64,000 nucleotides of DNA from Tubulanus polymorphus (Eukaryota; Animalia; Nemertea): positions 23,770,560 through 23,834,559 of the forward strand of contig NC_134027.1 of NCBI RefSeq assembly GCF_964204645.1. Reading direction: 5' to 3'. Numbering within the stretch: the stretch's first letter is position 1; each line of letters opens with the position of its first letter. Positions 1 to 12,027 of this stretch are shown here, piece after piece. Position numbers and translations under genes: made by a program. Under the pieces are notes generated by a model. The model was not told the origin of the DNA and did not search any database. It saw only the letters and a list, made by a program, of their open reading frames with translations.

Positions 1-744
1 TATATGGTTTTCTGTGACGTCATAGTAACTGGTTGCTCAATATCATTTCAGTGACCGACAGTATCAATTTAAACGTTATTGTTTCTTTTTCTGAAGGCGA
101 TGAGATTTATAAACTGTACGGTTATGCCTGCCTTGTGGACAACGCTTGTGGAGAACACACATAGTTTCACCAACCTTTGATTCATTTTCTTTGGAGCAGT
201 TCAAGACTCAGGAAATGTTCCAGAGATGTGGTCTAAAGGCGTCATCAAACCCAATTTCAAAAGGAATGGCGATCCCACAAACTCTGATTAATAAAAGAGG
301 TGTTACCTTAGTTAGCTGTCGATCAGAACATATCGCTAAGTCCAATCAAGTCATTAGTTTTGATCCAAAGATTACGTGCATGAATGTCTTAACCAATGTT
401 TAAGTTTAATTGACGAGTGAAAAAATTCATCAATTTTTAAAGAGAAGTTAGTTTGACGAATTGACGTATGGGTTTTTAGACACTATGGGGTCCTGGGGCC
501 TTTAACAATATAAAATGTTACCTATTATGGCATATTACTATGGTGGCTGATTCGGACCATACTAAAAGAATTTTCTGTACGGCTAAAGGAACGATAAAAA
601 TATTTTCACATTTGCCAATTTTTGGTTTTCACGCGCGAGAAAACTAAGCGTTACCGAAAATGTGAATGTATGCGATACAAAACTATCAAGTACACATTTT
701 ACAATTGATTTTCCATTTTTCCATTTCCATTTTAAGCTTCATGT

Positions 745-1240
745 GGATGAACATTGAGATCGCACTGAACAAACTTTAATTACGGGAATCACGCTGTTTT
801 TTGGTAAAGTTGCAGCTGGACTCCGCGACAATCAATGTTCGCTGTTTGTTACGTCAATGGACATTGAGGGATTTGAGAGTCAGGGATATTTTGAACCAAA
901 TTATGATCATTTGACCCAGAGTCGATCACGTCTCATTAGATTCATACGGATAATGAAGATCGAACTGAACAAACTTTAATTACGGGAATCAAGCTGTTTT
1001 TGAAAGTTGCATAGATGCAGGAAGTCCGCGAGTAGATCAAGACATATAGTTTGTAAAGTACACGTCAATGGTCAAATATACCTGAGAGATATTTTGAATT
1101 AGATTATGATCATCAGTACCCTGAGTGGATCACATCTCATTAAATTCGCGTGGAATATCGAGGTTGTGCTGAACAAACTTTAATTACGGTACGCTGTTTT
1201 TAGAAGTAAAGGTGCAGCTGGACTCCGCGACCAGATCAAG
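745..1240. repeat. Degenerate tandem repeat, about 200-bp unit, about 2.5 copies
   Basis: GAACAAACTTTAATTACGG...GCTGTTTTT...GCAG...CCGCGA recurs at about 768, 968 and 1172. Confidence 0.8.
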
Positions 1241-1544
1241 AACTCAACATCGGTTGTATAAATATCAATTAAACTTTATCTAATGAGCTGAAACCGCACG
1301 AGGGCTGTCACCAAATATAACCATATCAGTAACACTTTACAGTTTGCCACTTGATCGAGACAAAACTGCATTAGAAGTTAGTGTGCGAACATCGAAAAGG
1401 TAGGCTACACTTTCAATATTCTATGACCGGTTCGATCGTTCTCATCTTTACTAAGAACTTGTTATCTTCGTCGCTTTTAGCATCCCGAACTTCAACATCA
1501 TCTTTGTTTTGTTTTCATATTTTTCTAGTTTTGATTCGAGCATC

Positions 1545-2794
1545 ATGTTGAATGAAAAACTATTTTGCGCTTTGGTAATCTTATTTGTCGTAAGCAGCGC
1601 TTCCGGATCCGTCGTTCGAGGTCAAATCGTAAATGCCGATGAGATTCGTGTCTAAAAATCATTGATCATACCTAGAATTAGTTATCTTATTTCTAAACGC
1701 AGAAGGCGGCGATGATCTGAACGTTTTGGACCGGATCTTGAAGGTTAACGGTGAAATCGATGAGCGATTAGTGAAAAGAGACGCAATCGAGGAAAATGAA
1801 AATGAAAACGCAGACGATGTCATTAACAGAATCAATATAGGTGACTGACTATCTTCTGCGTAGATCATTCAGAAAATAGATTTACATCTTCAATTGAACA
1901 TGGATGATGAATCATCAATGATGCTCATTGTTAATATTTGTTTTCACAACGACAACGTTCGACATAAGATAGATTTAATGATAAAAGAAAATTTTGTAAA
2001 AAAAAAAAACATGAGGAATACTCGTCTATGTACGTCATTATAAGTGACGTTTAAATAGATGATTCCCAATTCAACGATCTTCGTGTTGTTCCAGAATTAG
2101 GTTTGTCATTGTTCGAGGGTGATATCGCTATCTCTGATGGCGAAGGGCAAGAAAATGGTGTCAACAAACGAGCAGTGTGAGTGCGATTCCGTGCGAGTTT
2201 TAGACAGCTCCTTTTCATACAGTAAGTGAAATGCTTGTTTTAGGCCAAACAGTTTGTTAATTATTGCTCCCTATTTTCGCGAGTTTGTCAAATCGCGTCG
2301 AACGTTATCTACATAGAAAAAGACATGGTAGAACGTGTCTCTTTGTCGGAGGTAAAAGTTTTTGCAAGAATGGAAAAATTATTCTTCTTCCGACTCTTGG
2401 AAAGGCCCGTGTTATGGGTCTTTATGCAGGATCCAGTGCTAGGCTAGAACCATATCAAATCTCTGGTGTATCAGACAACCAGATAACAGACCATCGAATT
2501 CTGAACATTTTTCCACTGTCGGTGGAGACCTAGAGAAACGTATTTGAGACGTTATGTTTCCATTTCAATAAATGTTATCGGATAAAAGAATTCTATTGTG
2601 GGACTTTTTTATTTATCTACATATCTTTCTACGAGTGTGTTGCTATCATGTATTTTTGTTATTATTTCAGCACAGCAAGAAAGCGCCTTATCTCCCGTTA
2701 TTTCTGGGCTTATTCTGTTGAATCTTGGAGTAATCATTTGTCAAATGATTACTCCAAGGTTGAATTGAGAAGACTCATGCAACTGAATGAATAG
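1545..2794 (+). CDS. Small secreted protein (139 aa) with an astacin-type prepro region but no protease domain; exons 1545-1620, 1703-1840, 2095-2176, 2671-2794
   Basis: Signal-peptide-like MLNEKLFCALVILFVVSSASG, then an acidic pro region, LFEGDIA (astacin propeptide FEGDI motif) and NKR/AVTARKR. Exons total 420 nt in frame with GT-AG borders and stop TAG at 2792-2794. The first donor (gtcaaa) is weak and the last exon is least certain. Probable 5' UTR exon ending at 1399. Confidence 0.65.
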
Positions 2795-3932
2795 TTTTGA
2801 ATAAACTGAATCAATAGTTTTGAAATCATTCCTCATAATTCCTCCACGTCAATCTTTCTATGCGTACATCTGTCAAATTGCCGTGTTTTAATGTTTTCTG
2901 TGTGTATGGAATGTTAAATGCCCTAATTGTCAAGTGTAAATGACCTGAGTTTATTAGAAATGAAGAAGTGTTATGTTCTGTAGCGATTTTCCAGATGTTT
3001 CAACATGGACGGTATGAGACCGGTAGCGTTCGCTGAACTTGAAACTAAAACGAGTTTGCAATTCCGACCGAAAAAAGCGGGGAGAACAGATGGAAGGCAC
3101 ATAGTTCCCTTTGTCATATCTCGTCTCGACCGTCTCGACCGGCACCGATGACGTTGAGACCCGCAAAAGCATTGATTTGAGGAAACTTTTCAAAGCTTGC
3201 AGTTTTATCCTGTTTGTCGTGTCACTGGGAAAGGCTTCATTGAAAATAATTGAGAACATGTTTGAAGAGATGAATTTATTTGGCGGTATAGGCCCGAATC
3301 ACAGTTCATTGGAACGAGAGACGTTTAGTCGCCGCTGCAGAAGACTGGAAACAGAGGTTGATTGAACTGATAGAACCCGGTTACTGCTCACAGTTAGAAA
3401 CCCGTTATCGATTAGAAACCTCGCTCGGGGGTTTACGAGTTGTACAAGTTTGGGAATATTGTAATAGGAACAGAGCAAAGATACACCTTCGATATTACAA
3501 AGTGGTGCACCTGACACTAGACAGGAGGTAACACGTAAACTCTGATGCCGTTTCATCTATACATGCCGTTACTCATATACAAACTTTATATATATACATG
3601 CCGTTATATATATGCCGTTTCTTCTGTACTAAAATTCTTCAAGTACCCGAGTAATAATTATTGAAATTTTACCAATAATAATTTGTTATATAGAAGTAGA
3701 TGATATTGGCAACCCTGACCATGAAATATCTAGCTGTGCTCTAACGGTTTATCCTCATTTCACAAATTCGTATCCTCATTTCACTGTAACTCGTGGTTTG
3801 CTAGGTTCTAACGATGCTGTATTCTCCGATGTGAGTCGTCCCCGAGTTCTATGAATCCCTCCAACATGTAACCAGACCTCCTCGCGACAACTGAAACGCC
3901 TCCAAATATCTCAAGATAAAACGAAAACCACT

Positions 3933-5129
3933 TCATCGGCCACCGCCGCACACGAACACTCTCAGGAAACTTCTTCTGAGGAATTTGGCAATTTTTCTAG
4001 ATTTCCCTACAACGAAATGAACAATTTTGGATTTTCTGCCATCGACTTGAAAACTAACTTTTTTTCTTGAGTCCACGATTATACGAAAAAAATAACTACC
4101 AGCAATAGACGCTAGATCAAAAACCGCTTTGGACTGGTAGCCAGGTGCCTGCCTCCAGTGAATGTAATGTAACTATCATTACACTTCCCTGCTGCCACTA
4201 ATCAGGTTTGTGATTACACGATGCTTACTTTTGAATCCAGTAGAGCCTTTCATATTTGTTTCGACATTCGTAACTTTATCGCGAACTGTTACGATTCTTT
4301 CTGGTTCGGATTCTTTGCGTGATTCCTTAACGTTGCAAACTTCCTTTTCTTTGTCATACTTTTCTACTTCCGAATTCGACTCATCCGATTTTTCTAAAAT
4401 AGAATTAGGGTTGCGTAATCAATAGAATTGTTAGTATTTTATCATAATGAGCGAATAAAAGATATTCACCTTCCTGATGATAAGGTAAAACCTGTACGGA
4501 CCCGAATCCCCACTGTAGAAAATGAATACCGGGTCGTGAATCGATAAACCGAACTGCTTTAGGCTCCGACTTGATTTCGATGTCTTCCTTGTTAAATACT
4601 GATAATTTCAAAGGTGTCGGGAGCTCATTTTCGTTCAGTTCTATTTTCCACCAGTTTGATTTGTCGAAGATCCTGGTCATGGCACGCCCGGTATCCCATC
4701 CGATCGACCTTCCAATAACTTTAATTTGTTCAGACAGATTTGTGGGGTAATTGGTAAAGAGGACCGTGTTACGAGGCGCCGATACCCACAAGTCTTCGGA
4801 AATGCCTACAATTCATACATGAAAAATATAACTCAAACGGCAGCTTTTAAAAACAGTCGTTGAATGGTTGAAAACCGAATGTTCTAATTACCGGGTATGG
4901 TATGAATGTTATAAACTGTGTACATTTTACCATCGAGGTAAAATTCAGGATCTAAAAAGGTAACATTCAATCTTTTTCAAACACGCCTTCTAGAGCATCA
5001 AAATCTGATCAAAACAAATTCTGTTATGAATAATAGTTGCTTCATCGAACTAAAATATTTACCATCCATAAATACTTTCGATTCATCAATCGTCGCCCAA
5101 TCGGGGAATTGAGCTGGAATTGTGTCCAT
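3933..5129 (-). CDS. Uncharacterised 213-aa protein with a degenerate CBM20 (starch-binding)-like domain; exons 5129-5063, 4805-4470, 4393-4229, 4006-3933
   Basis: Four exons with canonical donors (gtaaat, gtgaat, gtaagc) and acceptors total 642 nt in frame. Exon 2 (TVLFTNYPTNLSEQIKVIGRSIGWDTGRAMT...WWKIEL...SEPKAVR...QWG) resembles the CBM20 pattern by eye. The C-terminus is charged, then basic (RKSRKIAKFLRRSFLRVFVCGGGR). Confidence 0.7.
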
Positions 5130-5174
5130 CTCTACCGCTGAGAAGTAGCAACAAGTGCTGAAAGTGACCCGGTA

Positions 5175-5235
5175 GTAACCGGCAACCAAAAACACCGAGT
5201 TACCTAGTAACCGTTTTCTGTGACATCGTAGCAAC
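5175..5235. promoter_or_regulatory. Cluster of RFX X-box-like sites upstream of the CBM20-like gene
   Basis: GTTACCTAGTAAC at 5199-5211, plus GGCAAC/AGCAAC half-sites at about 5181 and 5230, 50-100 bp upstream of the ATG at 5129. Confidence 0.55.
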
Positions 5236-5586
5236 TGGTTGTCCAATCACTGCTCCGCACATCGCCCCAGTTTACTTCGAAGTCGTTTCGTATTGCTCGA
5301 AATTATCTCGTTATAAAGAAATACAATCGTGTGTAAGAAATTAAATTTGTTTTGAAACAGGGGTTTTATGATTTTTGAAATCGGAAATCGAAGTAGGCCT
5401 ACTAATGTTTAGTACACGTTATTAATGCTCGTTTGATTCTAATGTACCTCCCAGCATATTTCTCCCGAATCTGTGTTAATCACAGAATGCAATCTGCGCA
5501 TAATAGAATATATTTTCGTCGAACAATGAATCAACTACTTCCGGTCTCGGATACAACGATTCATCGGATATGATAAATAATTTCAC

Positions 5587-5965
5587 ACTGGATATAACGG
5601 TGAACTATCGGTTATAACGAACAGATCTTCTGCTCTTCTGAAGTTCGCTGTAACGAGGTTCCATTGTAATTTCTTACTGGATATAACAGTGAACTATCGG
5701 TTATAACGAACAGATTTTCTGGTCTCCTGAAGTTCGTTGTAACGAGGTTCCTTTGTAATTTCTTACTGGATATGACAGTGAACTATCGGTTATAACGAAC
5801 AGATCTTCTGCTCTTCTGAAGTTCGCTGTAACGAGGTTCCATTGTAATTTCTTACTGGATATAACGGTGAACTATCGGTCATAACAAACATATTTTCTCG
5901 TCTCCTGAAGTTCGTTGTAACGAGGTTCCACTGTAATTTCATACTGGATATAACAGTGAACTATC
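5587..5965. repeat. 89-bp tandem repeat (about 4.3 copies) derived from a MITE arm
   Basis: ACTGGATA(T)... starts at 5587, 5676, 5765, 5854 and 5943. The unit contains CGAGGTTCCA(C/T)TG, the TIR of the element at 61586-61732. Confidence 0.9.
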
Positions 5966-6356
5966 AAACAGATTTCTAAGCACTGACATTAAAAATGATG
6001 TCGTCGTAGAGATCTTTAACGGAAGAACTAATCATTTTCGTATATGTGCTCAGAATATTGCTATTTTGTTTATTTCGGTATTTACGGTTTTTCTAAACGG
6101 TTAAACGAAACAAAACAATAAACAATATAACAACTAATGCGATTGTGACATTGTAGATTTATATGGTATTTTATCATTCAGCAAAGTATGAAGCAGCACA
6201 GAAAATCGTAGGGTAGGACCTTACTCAAATAGGCTCATTTATTCCCACACTGAGTATTCTGGTTGTTTCATAACATCTTTCGCTATCTTCAAAAACGTGT
6301 CGTATTGTTCTGGAATGAAACGATTGCAAGAAAGTAGTTAAATGTAAGTTAAAAGT

Positions 6357-6513
6357 ACCGAGTCCCGGAGGTGACATGGTAAGAAATACATTTTTTCGTG
6401 GGAACGAAATGTTTTTCGTTCGAATGAAAAGATTATTTCGAGTCCACGAAAAACATTTCTATCATCCCGCGAAAAAAGATTATTTCTCACCATGTCACCT
6501 TCCGGGGCTCCGT
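6357..6513. mobile_element. MITE with about 30-bp terminal inverted repeats
   Basis: ACCGAGTCCCGGAGGTGACATGGTAAGAAATA ... TATTTCTCACCATGTCACCTTCCGGGGCTCCGT; no coding capacity. Confidence 0.7.
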
Positions 6514-6769
6514 TAAAAGGAATATAGTAAAATTTATGAAAATGTTTTGGGTCGTTTGTTCATATCCTAATTTTCCAAATAAGCAAGATTCGTAGGCTAC
6601 AGGGTTGGTCAATATTTTATGGTTTTTCAAATTTAAAACGAACGGGTAGGTGGGTCGATATCGGACTTTAGAATCCCGGGAAACAAGGTATCTTATAATT
6701 CATATCTAAAAACCCCACAATATTGAACGAAACGAATCTATTTCGCTACGCTGCTGATGTTTCGGATGT

Positions 6770-7987
6770 TCACCAACCTTTGTAAGTTGGAGCGGAAACA
6801 CATACGAATCCCAGAAAACTACCAATCCCACCTCCTGGGTATTTAACTTGGTCTTCTGGTTTATACCAGAGCTGCACCTCTGGATGACATTTCATCGCTT
6901 CCAGATCTATAAGATTACCAACTTTATCCGTGGCGAAAGTCGAAAGATATCCTATCATCATGCTTCTGCCGTTTGGCGTAGGTGCCTTTGGTACTATCCC
7001 TTGACTGACTTTTAAAAGAGCGTCAAAACAGTCACCGTTATCGAGGCAAGCTCTAAACATTGGTATCGATTCGGTAGCAATTCTATGATTCACTTCAATT
7101 ATCTTATGGTTTCCATCTTTCATAACCACAATTTCCAGAAATACAAATTGATTGTTGAATCCGTGATCAATCATTCTACGAACGACAATATCAAATGTTT
7201 TCCATATGTCTTCTTTAATATCTTGCCTTTCCTTCGACGGGTACGACAGGCTCGATAACAAGAGGGGATCGGTTTTCCAGAAGTTGAGGTCGAACATCGC
7301 CCAGTTGATTATCTGTCCATTGGCAACCAGTCCCATCACAGCTAAAAACGCATCGAAATCTTCGAATTCTTCTACTATCAGCGCATCTTCGGGACAAGGA
7401 GCTCCTACCTTAGACAAAAACCCCTCATTGAAGCGTTCCCATTGCTGCTTAACCTTTAAAGCGTCGTAAACCTGCTGGTTACCTCGAAAATCATCCGCAC
7501 TCTCAATTTTCATCGCACCGACGGAAAGTGTACCGGAGCAAGGCTTTACAAAACAGGGAAATCCCACCTGGTTGAGGACAGCATGTATTTCAGTAGGTGA
7601 AGCGTCATACCACAATAGTCGATAATTAATTCCACCTTGTTCTTTAGCGAAATATAAACGAGTGTAATATTTATGTAAAGCGATCGCTACTGATTTCAAC
7701 GATGGTCCAGGTATATGAGGTAACCTTTCGCAGATTGCAGCACTGATTATAGCCGCAATATCACGTAGTCCTAGCACGCCGGTTATTTGTTCACTCTTCA
7801 CTATATCGATACATCTCTCCGTGAAATCAAATATATCTTCATCTGCTGAACGGATTATATTCATAAACTCGTAACATTCCTTCACTTCTTCTCTTAAACC
7901 ATCGGTGCATATCTTAGCTGCTCCTTCGCCTCTTGGTTCATAGCAAATGACTGCCACTTTTACCTTAGAAATTTCTACCACATCCAT
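6770..7987 (-). CDS. Intronless ATP-grasp domain protein (L-amino-acid ligase / carnosine-synthase-like superfamily), 405 aa
   Basis: Motifs HKYYTR, GFPCFVKPCSGTLSVGAMKI (B-domain), LIVEEF and EIVVMKDGNHKIIEVNHRIA (ExNxR). Single long ORF; the C-terminus may be slightly truncated. Confidence 0.85.
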   Translation of the reverse strand: MDVVEISKVKVAVICYEPRGEGAAKICTDGLREEVKECYEFMNIIRSADEDIFDFTERCIDIVKSEQITGVLGLRDIAAIISAAICERLPHIPGPSLKSVAIALHKYYTRLYFAKEQGGINYRLLWYDASPTEIHAVLNQVGFPCFVKPCSGTLSVGAMKIESADDFRGNQQVYDALKVKQQWERFNEGFLSKVGAPCPEDALIVEEFEDFDAFLAVMGLVANGQIINWAMFDLNFWKTDPLLLSSLSYPSKERQDIKEDIWKTFDIVVRRMIDHGFNNQFVFLEIVVMKDGNHKIIEVNHRIATESIPMFRACLDNGDCFDALLKVSQGIVPKAPTPNGRSMMIGYLSTFATDKVGNLIDLEAMKCHPEVQLWYKPEDQVKYPGGGIGSFLGFVCVSAPTYKGW

Positions 7988-9033
7988 GTTGTATGCGGTT
8001 GTATTTTTTCGATCGTGTTGATAAAGATATATATGTATATATAATGTGCACCGGTGGAATCAATGATGGTTCAGAGAGCATTAGCCTGATGAAACAAACA
8101 GTGTGGCCTGGCTAACGAATATAGTGCTATTCATTGACACTGACCTGATAAAAATTACAATCAACAATAACGATTTTTACAGCGCTTCTCTAAATAAGGA
8201 TATCATCATTCCAGGAAAAGTAAATATTGGTGACCTTAGTCACCTAACAACTTGGTCAGTAACAATAGATAATAGGGTTCATGATAAGTAGTGATTACCT
8301 GCATTATCAGTACAAAACCAATCGAAACATAGGCAAAACATATCATCTTATACTCTAAAATAGACTGTTTTATCATAACATAATTTGTGACATTTATTGT
8401 GCGGCATAATTATCCATCGATAAGGAAGCTAAATTATTAGCCCAGGTATCTAAATCTTGTCGTGTTGTTCTGAAATTGAATAATTTAAAAACATTTAATC
8501 CCATCTCTTTGTTCGATCAATAAGTTAGTTATAAAGTTAGATTAGGTAATTCTGGGAATGGTTAGCGTATCAAATTTCAACCTTTCCAAATGTTCACTAA
8601 CCTTTCTAAGTTGGAAAGTTTCTAAGACACAACAATCCGTCCTCTTGAGTATATTACTTATACTGTGGGTCAAACCAAGATGTCTGATAATGACCCTTAA
8701 CGACCAATTGTTTATCGGAACTTTATAGCGGATAAATAAATATTATCAACACAAGGTATTTCTGTGATATGTTGAATTTATTTGCAGTTCAAATTTAGCG
8801 CCGTTCTCTGATCTGAAACAATAGAGCAGTATTTCTGCATAGGTTTACAACTTTGATGACGAACTCCTGATTACATCAGAATTTCACGGGAATAGGCAGC
8901 TTGTGCAACACAATGAAATGGCAGATTCAACTCTGACTCCATTCACTGAAAGTTTTGCTGGTGAATTGGTTCAAGTTAAACAAAATAGAATAATCGAACT
9001 GTTTTACAGAGATTGCGGCCTGAAATTAATGAG

Positions 9034-9324
9034 ATGTTTGATATAAACGTTACAAGTTCTACTGCGACAACGCCTCGAATTATGTCAGTAGTTTTATTCT
9101 TTATTAGTTGTGGAGGTTTTGGTTTTACCAACCGTTTACGTGATATGAGATATTTTCCCAGTTTTGCGGGTAAGAGACAAATAGCGTTGGGATTTTCCAT
9201 CGTCGATTAGTCAGTAAACTTCATCGTTTATCGTGTAACAAACGAAAAATTCAGAAAAGTAGCTTTTGAGGTTTTTACTAAATTCTGCTACAAACAACGA
9301 AGTTCGATAAAGCGCATACATTAA
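9034..9324 (+). pseudogene. Internally deleted GPCR pseudogene, paralog of 19780-20826
   Basis: MFDINVTSST (cf. MFVNNVTSAT) is joined directly to TM6-TM7-helix 8 (RQIALGFSIVD*SVNFIVYRVTNEKFRKVA cf. RQIALGFSIIDSSANFIVYCVTNDQFRKVA). In-frame TAG at 9208-9210. The upstream TAGAATAATCGAAC is also shared. Confidence 0.9.
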
Positions 9325-10276
9325 ACTGAACCGCTCAGAACCTTCTACGAATCAAAGAATTTTCGTTTCATAGCGTATTTGAATAACTAAAGGTGGTAAC
9401 GGCCACTGGCATGTAGGTAAAATGTCCCGGGGACTAATGTCGCCGGGAAAAATGTCCCGGAAAATGTGTCCCAGGCAAAAATCTTTCTACTCAGTGATTG
9501 GTATTGTTTTCGTTAACGATTGAATATTCATAAGAGAGTTCATTTGGGGATTCATCTTGAATTGAAATATAAAAAGAAATTTTTAACGCGTGTAACTACT
9601 AGCAAACCTGGTGGATCCTTATTCGCCACAAGTTGAATCCTCGATTGCCACAGAAGCATTGAAACTACTCCCCATTAGCCCACCTGTCCCGGTGGGCTAA
9701 TTGGGAGTAGTTCGCTACTGGAACATGAGACAAAAGGATTTTGACCCCAGAATCCTAGGTACATTGTATAAAAAGTCTTTTCATATATAGCACCTAGGAT
9801 ACTGGGGTCAAAATCCTGTGTTAGATCCTTGTGCATAGCCAGTCCTAACGGAACCAACGAACGGACAGAAACCGCAACACCCGAACATCCGAGACCGTGT
9901 TTTAACACTACCTAAAGAAGGATTTACTGATAACCGTGATTTATCGCGCGCGTCATTGCGCAATCACGCGTGGAGAAACAATATGGCGGTCGACGCGTGG
10001 CGCGCGGTGCGCGGATAGCTTTTATTGCTACTCTCTGTCGTCAGTGTTTAGTGTCGCGGGTAACGCACGCTCGTGTCACAATTACCGTCGACAGTTAGAT
10101 AGAAACAAGGAATAAGAACGACTTTCAACCCAGCAATTTGGGTTTTTCTTCGTATCTTCTTCAGCCCGATTGACCGCAGGCTGAGCTGAGGCTTTCTAAA
10201 AACTCGAGAATTCCGAAGGCGAAGGATCGGCCCAACGGCAACAGCCCATTTATAGGGGTTCGGATATATAAAAAAG

Positions 10277-10405
10277 ATGTCGGAAACTCACGCGGATACG
10301 ACTGGACATCACGGTCGTGGCCGACACGCTACTCCTTCTGAAAATAAACCGGCCAAGTCGAGATTAGCCGGCGTGGGACCTTTAGAAAATATCAAGGAAA
10401 AGCAG
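10277..10405 (+). CDS. Candidate alternative first exon A of the dynein heavy chain (MSETHADTTG...LENIKEKQ, 43 aa)
   Basis: AAGATG start with an in-frame stop upstream, CAG|gtaagc donor in phase 0, and a CpG-rich region at 9945-10080 upstream. Linkage to the dynein is inferred. Confidence 0.6.
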
Positions 10406-11017
10406 GTAAGCCTAATAATGAATTCGAATATAATTGGTTAACTTAATTAAGAAAATTTGATTTATTATGACGAATGTAATTATGACAATTTTTTTAACAA
10501 AAAAAACTTTGCTAATGAGATGAGGTTGATTTGATTTGTGAACCAGTTAAGACGATTAGTGTAGTCTAGTCTGGCACTGGTTAATAGTTGCCTAATTGTT
10601 GGTGGTAAGCTTTTTATGATCGGATGGGCTTATACCAATGTGGTTTTGTGAAAAATATCCGATTGTGAAACTAAACCAGACAGGTTACTGACTAGTCTGG
10701 CACAGGGCGGATCCAGAAATTTGAGAACTTTTCCCAGATATGATATAACGAATTTGTGCATTACCTACACTATACAGTAATTTCTGGCAGCTGCCGAAAC
10801 AGATTTTAGTTTCTTCATAATTGATTCTAACAGAACATTTTCGCACATGTAGTAGGGTAGGGGGTAGAGACCGCCCATTAGATCGCCCCTGCCACACAAT
10901 ATTCGTATTCAATTTTCGGAAAATATGTCTAAGTTCATAGTTTGTCAAATTCACCTCGCGTTCGATTCACCTTTTGTCGGACCTAAACAAATTCTTCTAG
11001 AAAAAGACTCGAGATAA

Positions 11018-11182
11018 CAGTGTTTTCAATAAGAAATTAACAAGCCAGGTCCCTTTGAAAAACAGGAGGGTGACATAATATGTCACAGTCCCGGAAATGA
11101 AAGCTGCTTTGAAAAAAACAGGCGGGTCCTTTACAAGCGACAGACGGGTCTGGGACCTTGGACCTGGCTCTTATTGAAAACC
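11018..11182. mobile_element. hAT-like MITE copy, right end damaged
   Basis: Near-identical to 33726-33887; begins with CAGTGTTTTCAATAAGA. Confidence 0.75.
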
Positions 11183-12027
11183 AATTTCTAAAATTTCTAA
11201 TTCTTGTTCCAATATCAAACTCAAATTCATTGAAATCATAGAGTACCTACAATTTTTTTATGGCATGTGTTTCATTCAGTGCCAATTTTCACCGAACTCT
11301 TCAAAATCTTCCCGACGACAATCTAACTGAATTCTTGGATGAAAATATAATTTTCTCTGGTCTAAATGGTAGCGTTATTGGCGTCAGGGGCTCAGAGTTA
11401 TTGAAAGAACCTGAAATTTATTAGTGCCCACTCCTTTTAAAGACACTTTTTTTAGAATTTGCACCGCAAAAAAAATCGCAAAAGGGCAATCAATTTCTAT
11501 GAAACAAGTTTACCTGTTACCCAGGTAATATGCAATGGAGTTGAGGTAAAAAAAAACCCTGGTGAAAATCCCCCCCCCCCCGTATCCAATTTTCTATTGA
11601 ACTAGAGTAGAAAAAACTAGATAAAGCTTTTACAACAAGATTTAGGAATACATAAGTACATGGACATTTTATTATCACTTTTTTAAAACTCGATTTCTTT
11701 AAAGAAAGTGAGCGCTAGCAGTGGTAACTTTCTATAAAGACCAGGGTATTTTCACCGGGGGGGAGGGGGGGTTAGTTGGGTGGATTTTTACCAACATTCA
11801 TACGCAATATTCTGTACACTGGATACATACAGCCACACGGATATTATGCGAGCTTTGTATCATTCTACTAGTACCGGCCGCGTTAACAATAGAAACATTT
11901 TAATTAATTTACAATTCGTCAATGTTGCGATGTTTACATTCACCGTGCAATAGCCGTGCGCCGCGTATCGATCGATGAAATCAACCTTTCTCCGTGGATT
12001 ATGTGTTAATTAGCGTTCTTCTGTCGA

